The translations under genes were made by a program, and so were the position numbers. A stretch of DNA of 64,000 nucleotides from Chiloscyllium plagiosum. Lineage: Eukaryota. Positions 1-13,699 of the stretch are shown piece after piece. The stretch spans positions 2,454,205 through 2,518,204 of the forward strand of contig NC_057758.1 of NCBI RefSeq assembly GCF_004010195.1, given 5' to 3'. The notes under the pieces were generated by a model. That model saw nothing but the letters and a program-made list of their open reading frames with translations, ran no database searches and had not been told where the DNA came from. Positions within the stretch are counted from its first letter, which is position 1. Each line of letters starts with the position of its first letter.

Positions 1-114
1 AAAATAAAGACTTTTGCTTTTGTTTTAGGGGAAACAGCTGTCACCTGAGAAACACACATTTCCTGCTTGATTAGTCAGTCTTGCAGATGGCTTGGCGGTT
101 GGTGTATATAGACC

Positions 115-620
115 CATGGAGTCATACACCACTAAGCAGATCCTTCCGTCCAACTAGTACATGTCAAACATAATCCCACATTAAACCAGCCCCACCTGCC
201 TAATCCTTGCCCTCCAAACCTTTGGTATTCTTTGATCCATCCAAATGTCGTTTTAGTTGTGATTGCACGCAAATCGTCCACGTGAGAAATAACCTCGGCA
301 TTAAAAAAAGACTCTTGCCTTTTTAAAAATCTTTCTCCTCTCTTCTTAAAAAATGTGCCCACTAGTATTGAAATACCCCAACCGAGACACAAGACAACTA
401 TCATTAATGCCAACAGTTTAGGGCTGGGAGGAAGCGATTCAGTTTTGAAGTTCCAGACCAGGACGGGTTGCTTAAATCTGGAAGTGCTTGTGTGAAATCG
501 ATTAACTTTAAACTCCATTGTATGATGAAGAGATATAGAGGTTGCTAGATTCTGGTGGCACAGACTCCAGGATGTTCAACGGAACAGAGAGATCTTGGAA
601 TGCTAATCCATAGATCTTTG
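115..620. mobile_element. Degraded CR1/HER1 LINE fragments
   Basis: Reverse-strand CR1-like 3' tail (CCAAATGTCGTTTTAGTTGTG, AAAAAAGACTC) and a short + strand RT-downstream piece (GAACAGAGAGATCTTGGAATGCTAATCCATAGATC) resembling other CR1 copies in the window. Confidence 0.5.
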
Positions 621-1181
621 AGGACGGACACAATCTGAGTTTGCATGTATACAGGATTCTTCCCTGTAACCCCAACATGATCTCAATGTAAGATTTTCTA
701 TATCCACAACTGTGAATTCAAAAGTTGTACTATTCTTTCTCCAATGTTATGCTGACTGGTCTGTCGTTCAATGCTTTATGATTCTCCACTTCTACAGAAG
801 TAAAGGCATTTACCAATGCTGAAGTCTTCTTAAACATTTGCCATCTATAAGAGCATGTTTGAAAATTTGTGACCAATGCTGCACTATTTTCACAATTCTG
901 TTGCTCATTCGAAGTACTCTGACAGACTTGAAATATATTCAAATGTTTTCTGTTAGACTTTTGGTTAGAAAGGTGTTAATTGAACTTGTTTGTTCAAAGA
1001 CTGTGATTAATGTCAGTCTCTATGGATCCTAACTGTGACACTGGAAGCTGCTCACCTTTTCACAAGAAGTCCCTGCTCTAGACGGGATTATAACACCGTG
1101 TGACTGGGAAACTGAACTCTGATGCTAATAACGACCAGCTATTCCAGACAGAAGGGATTCGGAGACAAGAATCTGAGAACA

Positions 1182-1341
1182 ATGGAACGGAATGCTTCTG
1201 CCATGGATAGGGATTTCACGTATGGTCTTCACTGGCTCTTTGCGGATCGACCTTGGATAACAGTAGCCCATCGAGTTTCATACGCACTTCAGGTTATACA
1301 GGGCGGCTATTACCCCATGCTTGCGATTTTTGGCATCCCTG
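1182..1341 (+). CDS. GPR139-like class A GPCR, copy 1 (intact), coding exon 1
   Basis: ACAATGG (good Kozak) at 1182 reads MERNASAMDRDF...LQVIQGGYYPMLAIFGIP, then G|GTAAGT donor at 1341/1342 (phase 1). NAS glycosylation sequon present; start of TM1 resembles GPR139 'YYSLLLCLGLP'. An in-frame upstream ATG at 1122 could add 20 aa. Confidence 0.85.
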
Positions 1342-1443
1342 GTAAGTATCCAAAAGCCATGTATAACCTATGTTACAGTTTTTCTTGTAGATATTTATGT
1401 ATCTATAGTCATCGTTATTATAAAACAGATATTTGCACTCCAC

Positions 1444-2364
1444 TGTGAACTAAAACCGAAACACTCAAAGAGGAGCACCTCACCATATGATCTGGAGAAG
1501 GAGCATAAAAAGTGCTTTAGCCTGCTTTTCAGTAACTTCTCGCATTGGAATAAAATTACTCCTTGACACTTTAAAAATAACAAGTAGTAATTCGCTTATC
1601 TGAATCTAAGAGTGAACAGTTACTAAGTCATTAACAAGTAGAATAAATCCCTTCAACTAAATACTGTCCCCAAATAAAACAATATTGTGATGGTATGCTG
1701 TTCCACATCACCCCCGTTCATAAGTATAAAATGAACAACATTTATTCTGTTGAAATTACAGCCAGTATACAAGTCTTCCGGGATGTTCTGTGCTTTCTAC
1801 GCGTTTCTTCTGTCAGGAATACCTTCTCAATCATTTGTTGCTCAGATGGTCTTTTCTTGAAGAGAAAGATGAGGCCGTGAGAGCCAACGATTGACACTGG
1901 ACAGCTGAAGGCCGTTTACTCTGTCGGATGGCAGCTAGCTCTGAGGTCTTTTTACAACTGTCACCTTCTTTTTTACCCTTGATGACATGTCAATATTTCT
2001 TCCAGATGTTGTCAAAACTATCAGAGTTAAATTTAATAGGTTTTTGGTATCAAAGTGCCTTGAGTAAATTGATTGGCTAAATTCTTCGTAAAAACTTCTG
2101 CTTGGCCTGCTAATTGCACGGTCTTTCGATTCAAATGTCTCAGCTTGGGTTATTTGTGTACTTACAGACTTTCACCTGGTGATCACAGGAATCCATTTTC
2201 AATCTCTTAGCACCGACAAAACACCATCTCTCAAATAGATCACGCCATGTTTGCCCCCTTCCCTCCAACCCCCCCCCACCAGCATTTGACAACTACAATT
2301 TTACAAACACCAAGCGCTAACTTCCTGCTTCCCAATCTGCAATTGCTCTACCAACTTCGCAACA
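1444..2364 (-). repeat. 3' LTR of Gypsy element 1
   Basis: Begins TGTG, ends CCAACTTCGCAACA. Aligns by eye with 11666-12886 (e.g. CCTTGATGACAT..CAATATTTCTT; TTTTACAAACACCAA). Confidence 0.7.
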
Positions 2365-3847
2365 ACTCGCACTTGGAAAGGAACGAACCAACATTATGAA
2401 AAGATGGCTTCGTTTAATTTTTCAACTGTAATTCCATTATATTACTAGATCCAAAGCTCAAACCTAGACCTAACTTGCATGTTTTGTTCACATTATATTT
2501 ATTTATAATATTTAACACTACCGTTTCTATCTTATATAAGCATTTTTCTTTTAAATTCAGGATAACCCATCCGTGATCATTTTTTAACGACCCACAATAT
2601 GTACAATATGTCAGGTACATGACAGTACAACGAAATAATCTGATGTACTTATCGTAAATCTTTGCAGAAATATCAAAGGATTGTGATCACTGTACGTAAT
2701 CATCTCTGATACTTTGTTTGCCACGTAAACATTAAAGTGTTGCAAGGCCATTACCAACCTCAATAAGTATTTGTCAATGGCTGAATATATTTCTTACCGT
2801 TGAATACTGCACAATGCAAGACTGAATCTTTCACAGCAATCTCAATCCAGAAATGCCGAATGGACTATCCATCTTGGCCTCCTCCAGCGGTTCCCAATCT
2901 TACTGATACCAGATTTCAGGCAATTCAATTAACTCCCCGTTATTTCAAGAAGGTACTGGATGCTGCAAAGGCTAAGGACCCTGACAACATTCCGGTAATA
3001 ATCCTGAATACTAGTGCTCCAGGATTTGTGTCACCCCATAGCCAGACTGTTCTAGTAAGGTTACAACACTGGCATCTATCTGACAATGTGGAAAATTGCC
3101 CAAGTCACTTTCTGGACATAAGAAGAGGGCAAAGCCAACTCGGTCTATTACCACCCCCATCGGTGTACTGTCGATCATCAGTCCAGTGATGGGAGGAGAC
3201 AGCAACAGTGCCATCAAACAGCACGTACTCAACAACAGCACGTTCAGTGACGCCCGGTTTGGGTTCTGCCAAGGCCACTGAGCTCCTTACCTCATTATAG
3301 CCTTGGTTCAAGCATAGACAAAAGATCAGAATTACAGAAATGAGGTGAGAGTGACAGAACTTAATATCAAGGCTGCATTCCAATGAGTGTGGCATCAAAG
3401 ATTATTCGCAAAACAGGAATCAACGTGTTACAGGGGATCAAATCTCCGGTGGTTAGAGTTTTGCCTGTCACATAGGACGGCAGGCATGGCTGTTGGAGTT
3501 GGGTCATCTTAGCTTCAGGACGTCCCTGCAGACGTTCCTCAGGGTACAGTCCCATGGCCAGCCATCTTCAGCTGCTTCATCAATTACCCAAGATCTGAAG
3601 TCGGAATGCTCACCAGTGATTGCACGTTGTTCAGCAACATTCGTGAAACGTCAGATACTGAAGAAGTCCGTGGAAAATGCAACAATTCTCGACAATATCC
3701 AGACGTGGCCTGACGAGCAGCAAGTAACATTCGTGCCACAAAAATGCCAAGCTATGACCATCAACTATAAGGGATGGTTTGAACACTGGCCTTTGACATT
3801 CAATAGTGTTACCACCTCTGAAGCCCTATCAACATTCTGGGAGTTAT

Positions 3848-4925
3848 TGTTACGAAAGTGTGGGGAATCCTGCTGCCAATTAAACTAAACACGCAGAAAA
3901 TCTCACCTCAGCTCCAGCTCTGTTAAAGTATGAGTGACAGAGAACTCCATAATTCCATTGCTAAAAGAAAATAATACCAACTTTTTTTTAGCTCTAAATG
4001 TGAACATTAAACAATAACTATTCACAGCTCCAACCCACCCGCCTTCTCTTAACTGCTTATTATCTACCTCCAACTCCAAAACAATATGATTAGATTAGAT
4101 TACAGCGTGGAAACAGGCCCTTCAGCCCAAACCGACCCACCGAAGCGCAACCCACCCATGCTCCTACATTTACCCCTTACATAACACTACGGGCAATTTA
4201 GCATGGCCAATTCACCTGACCTGCGCATCTTTGGACTGTGGGAGGAAACCGGAGCACCCGGAGGAAACCCACGCAGACACGGGGAGAACGTGCAAACTCC
4301 ACACAGTCAGTCGCCTAAGGCGGGATTTGAACCCGGGTCTCAGGCGCTGTGAGGCAGCAGTGCTAACCACTGTGCCACCGTGCCACCCTTTAATATGCTG
4401 TTCCAATAAGACACATATTAAAATTGCAGCAACTTAATCTCAAAACCACACAACCGCTGTCATCTTTAGTGTTTGCCTTCTTCTCGCTGAAGGTCTCCCT
4501 GGGTCATCTTTTTTCTTTTTACTGTGAATACGTTTCAAATGAAAAGATGCCTTTGATAGAGAGTGTTTCCTAATGTCTTGGGTTTCTCTCGATTGTAGTT
4601 TCTCTCTCTCCAATAATCAAAATGCCTCCACCTTTATATCCAGAACACGGCATAGTCTCACTGGTTCGATGTTGGCAAAACAATCAACTCAAACTCGGTT
4701 AGGTTTTCGGATTCTGGGGCATAATTTAAACGGATTGGTTAAATTCGAATTGTTGTCAAAACAGCAACTAAAATCCAGTTATCACTGTCACAGCCAAATG
4801 TTACATATTTCAAATTTTCCAGTACAAGCTGGGACTGCCAACTCGTCATATGCACTGCTACTCCCAGTTCAGAGTAGCATTCATTCTATCTGAAAGGCAC
4901 AGTACACGCTTCCAACTTCATAACA
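3848..4925 (-). mobile_element. Solo LTR (Gypsy family) containing an HE1 SINE
   Basis: TGTTAC...CATAACA termini with 4-bp target duplication TTAT (3844-3847 and 4926-4929). Homologous to 59460-60511. Confidence 0.8.
4090..4388 (-). mobile_element. HE1 tRNA-derived SINE
   Basis: Box A TGGCACAGTGG, box B GGTTCAAATCC and (TAATC)n tail on minus; AATATG on both flanks. Confidence 0.9.
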
Positions 4926-6649
4926 TTATCATTGATCATAAACTCATCTGGACTCACCACATAAGCACAGTTGTAAGAGCAGGCTGGAGGCTGGATATCC
5001 GTGGCGACTAGCTTACCTCCTGACTCCTGAAAGCCTGCCCACTATCTCCAAAGCAGAAGTGAGGAGTGCGATGGAATACTCAACAATTGTCTGGATGACC
5101 GCAGCTCTAACAACATGGAAGAAGCTTGACATCATCCTGGACAAAGCTGCCCCTTTGATTGGCACTGAGTTGACAACCATCCACTCCCTCAACAACTGGC
5201 ACTAAGTAACAGCAGTGTGTACTATCTACAAGATGCACTGCAGAAATTCACCAAAACACTTGAGACAACTCCTTCCAAACCCACGGCCACTTGCATCCAG
5301 AAGGGCAAATACAGCAGGCATTTGGGAACACCGCCATCACGTTCAAGTTCCCCTCCAAGTCGCTCACTATCCTGAAGTGGAATTGTATCGGTGTTCCGTT
5401 ACTGTTGCTCGATTAAAATCCTGGAATTCCTTCCTCAGTGGCATTCTGATCAACCTACAGCAAGTGAACTGCAACAGTTCAAGAAGGCAGCTCACCATCA
5501 CCTTCTCAAGGGCAAATATTCACGGGCAAAAAATGCTGGTTTGTCAGCGACTGTCACATCCCAGTGAATGAATAAGTACATTATCGAGTCTATTTTTGGT
5601 TAATAAACTATAGACCTTTCAATTCTTCCTCGTGATCATCATCCTGGAGCAATACAGGTCCAAAAACTGATTGCTTGCGTCAATGGCGACTTTGTAGAGG
5701 TTCAAAAAAATTGGCATGGCTAAAACTGGTGCGTTGATTAACATTGCTTTTTAAATCTCACATGTCTCCTGGCCTTGTTCTGTCTACTGAAATTTTGTGT
5801 TTTTTTTTATGGGTGATGCGCACTTGATTTGCAGTATTTGATAATTGAACTGCTCATGACATCCTTAACTAATTTGACAGTAAAATTGGAACCTTGGTCT
5901 GACTGAAACTCCTTTGGTCGTCCATAATGAGTATATAAAGCAATCAACTACTCCACAATCTTTTTTTTTGGCCTTGCGATTCTGTAATGGAATTGCCTCC
6001 AGAAAACTGGTCGATACATCCATTACGGTAACGTACACCGATTCCCAAATTTTATTTTAAGGAAGAGACCTATACAGTCCATTACAACCCGTGTAAAAGT
6101 TTCTTGAAATGCGCGAATTAATACTAAAGTCGCCGGTTTTATCACCACTTGTGGCTTTCCTTCCATCTGATACGTATGCCATGGACAGGAAAATTAAACC
6201 ATATCTTTATTAATTGTTTTTAATTCAGGCCGATGGAAATGCATCTATACCTTTGTCTTCCCCATTCATGAATGAACTCCTATAGGTATTTAATGTGATT
6301 ACTGCAATGTTTCCTGTCTGTATTCTACTGGCAACACAATCTCGTGTACTTTGACCCATTTCTCATCTGTAATAAGTTGCCAAGATCTCCATTTCTGCCA
6401 TAAGATTTTATCCGTAATGTTTAGGAATACGCTCAGATTCCTTTCTGAGACGGCTTTATGAGATAAATCATTTCCCATCTCATCTTTTTGCTGTAGGACC
6501 GTTAATATTACGGAACTAAACATCTCTAGCTTATCCTCACCTGCATAGGTTTTTCCTTTTCCATCTCAGCAAATATCTCTGCAAAATGAACCTCAACTCA
6601 TTCATCTTTCTTTCTGGTTTTCCCTTCGGTTTGGACTTATTGGTTGTGG

Positions 6650-9600
6650 CACGTTGTCACAAGAAAGTCTCAGAGCGTCGAATAGGGGACTGCCAGAAAG
6701 GTGAATCACTGATTTAAAAACTGACTTTGAGCGTCGGGGACCTCAATTGTTGGTACAGCAGCAGGAAGAGCTGGAGCGTCGACCAGTGAGCTGCCGGGAA
6801 CGTGAATCACTGACTGAAAAACGTACCAAGTGAATAGTCAGACTGCACGCTGAGCAGGAGCAGACCCGAGACTGCTGAGTAAGTGAAGTTGGTGAATATT
6901 TGGATGGCTGTGTTAACTGAAACACTATTTAAATACTGTCGCCCACCCATTCTACTCTAACCAAAACAATATATTCTGTGTGCCGGTTTGGTAAGATAAT
7001 TAGCTTTTCGTTCTTTATTTTTCAATAGTCTGTTTGGAAATTTAGAATAGTGGGAATTGAAGGTAGGGAACTACAATGCTCCTCCTGCAGAATGTGGAAG
7101 GTAAGGGTCGCCAGTAGCATCCGTGCTGACTTCATCTGCAGGAAGTGCACCAAACTCCAACTCCTCACAAATCATGTTCGGCAGCTGGAAATGGAGCTGG
7201 ATGAACTTTGGTTATTTCGTGAGGCAGAGGGTGTTATTAAAAGGAGTTTCAGGTAGGTAATCACACCTCAGGTAAAAGAAAAAAAGCAGATGGGTCACAT
7301 TCAGGGAATGGAAAGGGAAACAGCAGACAGTGCAGGGATCCGTGAGGCCTTTCCCTTCTGCAACAATTTTATAATTTTGAATACTGTCGAGAGGGGCGGT
7401 TCACCAGGGGAAAGCCATGAGGTAAAGGTATCTAGCACAGGGTCTGTCCCTGTTGCTCAGAAGGGAAGTGGGGAGAGGTGCAGTCATTGGAGACTTCATA
7501 GTTAGGTGGACAGATAGGAGATTCTGTGCGAATGAGAGACACTCATGTTTGGTGTGGTGTCTCCCAGGTGTGAGGGTTCGTGATGTTTTTGGGATTGTTG
7601 AGAGTGATCGTAAACATACCCAAATCGTGGTCCATGTAGACACTAACAACACTGGTCGGAAAAGGGATAGATATTTAAGGCAGAAATTCAAGGAGCTAGG
7701 GTAGAGGCTTACAGCTAGAAAAAACACAGTTGTAATCTTTGGTTTATTGCCCGTGCCACGTGCTAGCGAGGAGCCGGCCAGGAGTTCGATCTGGAGGGTC
7801 ATGAGAATTTTGGTGATAGTGACCACAGTTCGGTTATGTTTACTTTAGCGATGTGATTTACTAAAGAATTTGAATCTCTTGTTAAGAGGAATAAAAAGGC
7901 TTATGTTAGGATGAGACGTGAAGGCTAAGTTGTGGCGTTAGAGAGTTGCAAGTTGTCAGGAAAGACCTAAAGAGAGAGTTAAGAAAATCTTGGAGGTGAT
8001 ATGAGAAGGCGTTGTCGGATAGGACTATGGAAAATCTTAAAACTTTCTATCGGTATATAAGGAATAAAAGAAAGACTAAGTAAGATTGGGGCCAATCAAT
8101 CAGAGCTGTAGGAAGTTGTGCATGGACACCAAGTAGATAGTCAAAGCACTAAATGATTATCTTCAGTCAGTATTCACACAATAAAAAGACATTGTGGTCG
8201 AGGAGAATACTGTATTTCTCGCTACTACACTTGATGGAATTAAAGTTCACAAGGAGGAGGTGTTCGCATTTCTGGAAAGAATGAAAATCGATATGTCGTC
8301 TTGCCCGGATATGAGTTATCCCAGGATTTTCTGGGAACTTAAGGAGGAGATTGCAGCATCTTTGCCTTTGATCTTTATGGCGTCAACGGCGGCAGGAATA
8401 GTGCCAGAAGACTGCAGGATGTAAACGTTGCCCCTTGTTCAAGAAAGGGAGTATGGACAACCCTGGCAATTATAGACCAGTGAGCCTTACTTCGGTTGTG
8501 GGTAAAGTGTGGGAAGGATTACAAGATAAAACATTTATACTCATTTGGAAGGGAATAATTTGATTAGCGATAGTTAACACAGTTTTGTGAAGGGTAATTC
8601 GTGCCTCACAAACCTTGTGGAGATTCTTAAGACAGTGGATGAGTGCAAAGCGGTTGATGTGACGTATGTGGATTTCAGACATACATTTGATAAAGTTCCC
8701 CGCGGTAGGCTATTGCTGAAAATGCAGAGACATGGGATTGAGAGTGATTTAGCGGTTTGGACAAAATTGATTGATGGGAAATGTTCATACTGGAGTTAAG
8801 TTACTAGTGGTGTTCTGCAGGGATCTGTTTTGGGGGCACTGTTTTTTGTAATTTTTAGAAATGATCTGTATGATGCTTTAGGACAATAAAATTGCAGATG
8901 ACACTAATGTTGGTGGAGGTTTAGGTTACAGAGGGACATAGGTGAGCTTTTGTGCTGGGTTGAGAGTTGGCAAATGGAGTTTAGTGTGGAAAAGTGTGAG
9001 GTAATTCACTTTGGAAGGAACAAAACAGGAATAAAGAGTACTGGGCTAATGAAAAGATGTTTGGTAGTGTAACTGTGTAGGGAGATTTCAATGTCCATTT
9101 TCAAAGATCTCTGAGAGATGCCACCCAGGTTGATAGGTTTGTTAAGAAGGCAAAATGTCTGTTAGCTTTTCTTGGTCAAGAGATTGAATTCCGGGAACTT
9201 GTGGTCATGCTGCAGCTGTGCAAAGTATTGGGGTATTGCATGCAGTTCTGGTTTCCGCACTACAGGAGGGATGTAGAAGGTTTGGAACGAGTTCAGCGGA
9301 CATTTACTGTGATGTTGCCTGATATTGAGGGAAGGTCTTGAGCAGAAAGCCTAAGGGACTTGAGGCTATTTTCGTCAGAGAGAAGAAGCTTGAGAGGTGG
9401 CTTAATAGTGACATATAAGATAATCAGAGCATTCGATATGGTGGACAGTGAGAGTCTCTTTCCTAAGATGGTGATGGCCCGTATGACGGGACGTAGCTTT
9501 AAATTGAGGGGTTATATATATTGGACAGATGTCAGAGGTAATGTCTTCATTCAGAGAGTAACATGCGTTTGGAATGCCTTGCTGTCAATAGTAGTAGACT

Positions 9601-9750
9601 CGCCAAATTTAAGGACATTTAAATGATCATTGGATAGACGTGAATGAAAATGGAAAATTTTAGGTTAGATGGGCTTCAGATTTTTTTCACAGATCTGCAC
9701 AACATTTAGGGTCAAAGGACCTGTATTGCACTGTAATGTTTTATGTTCCA
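6650..9750 (+). mobile_element. CR1/HER1 LINE with 5' UTR, ORF1 and internally deleted ORF2, inserted in Gypsy element 1
   Basis: ORF1 zinc finger (CSSCRMW...CRKC) and GDS-like esterase segment (VIGDFIVR...CLPG). RT motifs NYRPVSLTS, SCLTNL, YVDF, FDKV. TTCTATG-like 3' end. Confidence 0.88.
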
Positions 9751-11665
9751 TGTTCCAATTTCAGTGCATTTCTTTTCTTGTAACTGCTCAGTTCCCCTGT
9801 TTTCTTCTGGCTTTTCCACGACAATGGGCATCAATCCAACGTGTGGTCAAGCTACACCATTTTCAAGCATAAACTGTATTCCTGGAATAGCCATTTTTTT
9901 CCAATCCTCATGCTATCATTCCCCAGTCTTGATTGTCCATTTTAGCCTTAATTTACACAGGAGAACATTACTCTTTTCTCCGTTTATACCTCAGATTTCC
10001 ACTCTCTCGGGCAATATTTCAGAAGAAGTGCAAATCTTTTAATCTCTTATTATTAGAGACAGACCACCTCCCACAGCTCTCAGTGTTTTAACTTATCTTC
10101 CTCAGTCCCTTGAATTAATCTTACACACACATGTGAAGTCTTTGAATACATCGTGTGCTAACATACTATCCATCCCATAACGAGGCTGTGCATTCTGCTG
10201 CAGCTCCTCGACTTTTCGCAATATTTTCTTCATTATTTTAACTCATCCCATTTGTTCAACGCCTTTTACCACATTCTTTTTCCCAGCGTCTTTCTTAAAC
10301 TGCCACTACTTTGACTTTGTGTGCCCCACCTTATTGCAACGAAAACACGTGAGCTCTTTCATCTCTTTTCCAAACTCCTGGATTTCTTTATTTTTCATTA
10401 TATGTGATAAATTGTTCCCAGTGTGATCTAATTTTTGCTTTTCATTGAAGGATCTTCCTCTTTCCCAATTTCTAGCCCTCACAGAATGAAATTCCATTCT
10501 GAAGCTAGATTTAGATTTGTGCCCTAATACATATTCATCCGCCATCTCTGCAGCTCTTCTCGCTGTTATTACTTCCGGCTCCTCAACATGAGTTCTTATC
10601 ATTTCTGTAGGTAAGTTTGCAAACTCGATAAGCAGAATGATACCTCTAAGAGCCTCATGTGTATTTTCTATCTTTAATGCTCTCACCAATTTATCAGAGT
10701 TGCTTTGTTTAATTCTTTCAAACTTGATATAAGTCTGACTTGGTTCCTTTCATAAATGTTTGATACGTTGTTGATATGCTCTGGTACGAATTCGTAAGTA
10801 TTCAAAATAGCCTTTTTTAAAAAAAACTCATTTTTTTCATTCTCTTCTCATACATCCTGCAAAACATTCATTAGCTCTAACTTTATTGAGATCAACAAAA
10901 CCCACCTTGTCTCTGGCCAGTTCATCTGTGTCGCCAGTTTCTCAAAGAAACGAACAAGTCTTCACGTTCTTATCATCGAATTTTGGTAATATTTGGAGAT
11001 ATCTGTGCAGATCCCTACCAGGCAGTTGGCTACGTTGAGTTTGCTCATCTTTCTTTGAATTCTTTACTTTGACTTTGTCATTTGAATTATTTTTGCTTCA
11101 AGTTCCAACTTCATATTTGCCAACTCGGACATTCTTTCCATTTCTTCTCCTAGGCCCCTCCACTCCTTCACATTTCCTCTCCTTTTAAACGTAATTCAAC
11201 CTGTTTCCATTCCATTTCTTTTTTTCTCCCCTTTTCACTATCTAACGGCAATTGTCTCCTTTACAAATTATTTTTTCCTAACTCCAGTGCATTTTAATGT
11301 TTCTCTGATATACCTAAATGCTTTAACATTTCAACGTTCTTAAAATCCCTGGTTCAAGCCAATTTTAGCCTGCTTGCTAATTCTACAACCGTCGTCGTTT
11401 TCTGTGGTTCTGAACATGTTTTTTTTTTGCAAATTGAGAAGCATCTTCGACACTCAGAACCTATATAACTACGTTAAGAACAACTTTCACACTTTTAAGT
11501 TCACCAATGGCAAGCAACTGAAATTACACAGAGTTTGCACATTTTCTTCAATTTTATTTAAAGATCTAGGATACTCGCCCCCAAGTCTGTTTAAATCTGC
11601 TGTGACCTTCCTTACCCTGATTCTGTTCAAATCTGTTCAAGTCCCAGACTACGAGTCCCCACATT

Positions 11666-12886
11666 TGTGCTGAGGCAAAGACTGACCGCCGTCTGAGAAC
11701 GAAAACTGAAATATTGCAAAAGCAGCACCTCACCCTGTTATCTGCAAAAGGCATGTGAAAGGTGGTGTAGCCTGATTTTCAGCAACAAAATGTGGTTAAA
11801 TGGAACAAATCTCTGACGCCCACTTTAAAATCAATGACTAACAATATAATTATCTCACTCTAACAGTGAAAAACATGACTAAACTATGAACAAACCGTAA
11901 AAATCCCTTCTAACTTACAACAAATCGAAATAAAGCAAGATTCAGATGGTATGATGCTAATAAAAGCAAGGACCACTCGAACAAAATGAATTTAATGTCT
12001 CGAAGCTACAGTTTAGGTACGTGTCTTCCAGACTGTTCTACACCTCTCCGTCGAGGTTTCTGTCAGGAATTGATTCTCTGTCACTGGTACCATTGTTATT
12101 TTGATGGTGCTTTCTTGAAGACATAGGCAAGTCTTTGAGAGCCAGTGATTCCTGTGGAGAGCTGAGGGCCGTCAGCTCTGGCAGATGGCAGCGATCTATG
12201 AGCTCTTGGTCCAACTGTCCAATTCTTTTGTATCCTTGATGACATCAATATTTCTTAAAATAGAAATGATTCTAAGTTATCAAAGCCATAAGATTAATAT
12301 TAAATATGTTTTCGGCTATCTGAGTGCCTCGTTCATATTAATTGGCTCAATTCAAAAGTTTGTTGTGTTGGTAAAAACAGCTGCTTGGTCTGCTAACTGT
12401 ATGGATTTTCGACATAGATTTGCGTCGGCACGGTGGCTCAGTGGATAGCACTTGGGTGACTGTCGGTGTGGAGTTTGCACATTCTCCCCGAGTCTGCGTG
12501 GTTTTTCTCCGGGTGCTCCGGTTTCCTCCCATTGTCCAACGATGTCCACATCAGGTGAATTGCCCGTGGTGCATTAGTCAGAAGGTAATGGGTCTGGGTG
12601 GGTTCCACTTTTGAGGGTCGGTGTGGACTTGTTGGGCCGAAGGCTCTGTTTCCACACTGTAGGGAATCTAATCTACATGTTTCAGTTTGGGTTCTCTCTG
12701 CAATTAAAAAAGACACTTTCAAGCGGCTGCTCACAGATATCTGTTTTAAATTTCTAAGCACCAAAATGGCACCATCTTTTAAAGGAAGCATGCAATGTTT
12801 TCATCCAAGCTCTTCACCATTTTACAAACACCAAATTCGAACTTCCTACCTCTCAATGTGCAATTACTCTACCCAACTTCTCAATA
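11666..12886 (-). repeat. 5' LTR of Gypsy element 1, interrupted by an HE1 SINE
   Basis: Homologous to 1444-2364 and adjacent to the PBS-like motif. Confidence 0.7.
12425..12672 (+). mobile_element. HE1 SINE, internally deleted
   Basis: GGCACGGTGGCTCAGTGG...GGAGTTTGCACATTCTCCCC...GTTTCCACACTGTAGGGAATCTAATCT; box B region missing. Confidence 0.85.
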
Positions 12887-13699
12887 ACGCCGACAATCCC
12901 AGTGGAATATTCTGATTTTTACCCTCTAGTACCAGCCACACAACATCACACCGAACTTCCTCCACTTTGAAAAATAGTCAACATCCCAGTGAGCGTGTTC
13001 GCCCTCTGTGCAACCCTGTCGAACCCATGTTCATTTCTAACCTCATATCTACTTCATTGTTGAGATTTTTGAACAAGTGATCGCTGGCCTTATCGACTGT
13101 GGAAACCCCTGATCTGTACTCTTGCTGAGTCCACGTTACTATTCTGAATCCCGCCCACCTCTCCTCCGAGTTTCAAATCTGACGAGGCACAGCTGATACA
13201 ATCATCCCTGCTCGAAGTGCACTTCATTAGGTCTCCTATGCAACTCAGTGTTGACCTTTTCGTTTCCTTCTTTGGAATTCGCTCCGTGGTTTCGCCTCTC
13301 AATTCGTCCCCCTCCCCTCAACATATTACCACAATTCATTTTTTCTTTCAAAGTTGTAACAAATTCCCAGTTTGACGTGAAGTTGTTTACTTCTGTTCTT
13401 ATCCTTACCCATGATTTTAACTATCACTGTGCCAGAATTGTAGATGCTAGAATAGTGAATATGGGGTCAAAGACTGTGGAGACATCGACATAGGCAGCTG
13501 AATCAAACCATTCTTCCACCTCAAGTAGCTATGGTTCCTGAACAGATTTTTCAATGCAATGAATTCCTGACCTCCAGAATAATTAATTTTCAGACATTGA
13601 TTTTGTATAATAATGAAAAAAAAGCTTCACTTTTTTAAATACTCAGTAACTTTAGCAGAGAGAAAATTAAACACCACGGTAAGCTGATTGGGTCTGTGC

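Larger units (their letters stand above)
2810..5575 (+). mobile_element. CR1-group LINE (second family), RT region to 3' end, split by a solo LTR
   Basis: KAKDPDNIPVIIL, QFGF-like 'RFGFCQGH' and DVPQG motifs. Sequence resumes after 4925. Same family on minus at 19250-20430, 23520-23990 and 53430-54570. Confidence 0.7.
1444..12886 (-). mobile_element. Decayed Gmr1-like Gypsy LTR retrotransposon filling most of the copy 1 intron (antisense), with nested insertions
   Basis: Two related LTRs (~1444-2364 and ~11666-12886). PBS-like TGGGGACTCGT on the minus strand at ~11650-11663. gag with SCAN-like segment and zinc knuckle CFRCNKVGH (ORF 10306-10689). Integrase remnants ~5750-6550 (YGRPKEFQSDQGSNFT on minus). 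RT/RNaseH not seen. Confidence 0.8.

Noticed and set aside
1342..1448. C-terminal part of ORF 1122-1448
   Set aside because: Read-through past the GTAAGT donor into the intron.
1439..12808. TCCAC/TCCAA as the target duplication of Gypsy element 1
   Set aside because: LTR homology extends to ~12886, so this pair is not at the boundary; no clear duplication found there.
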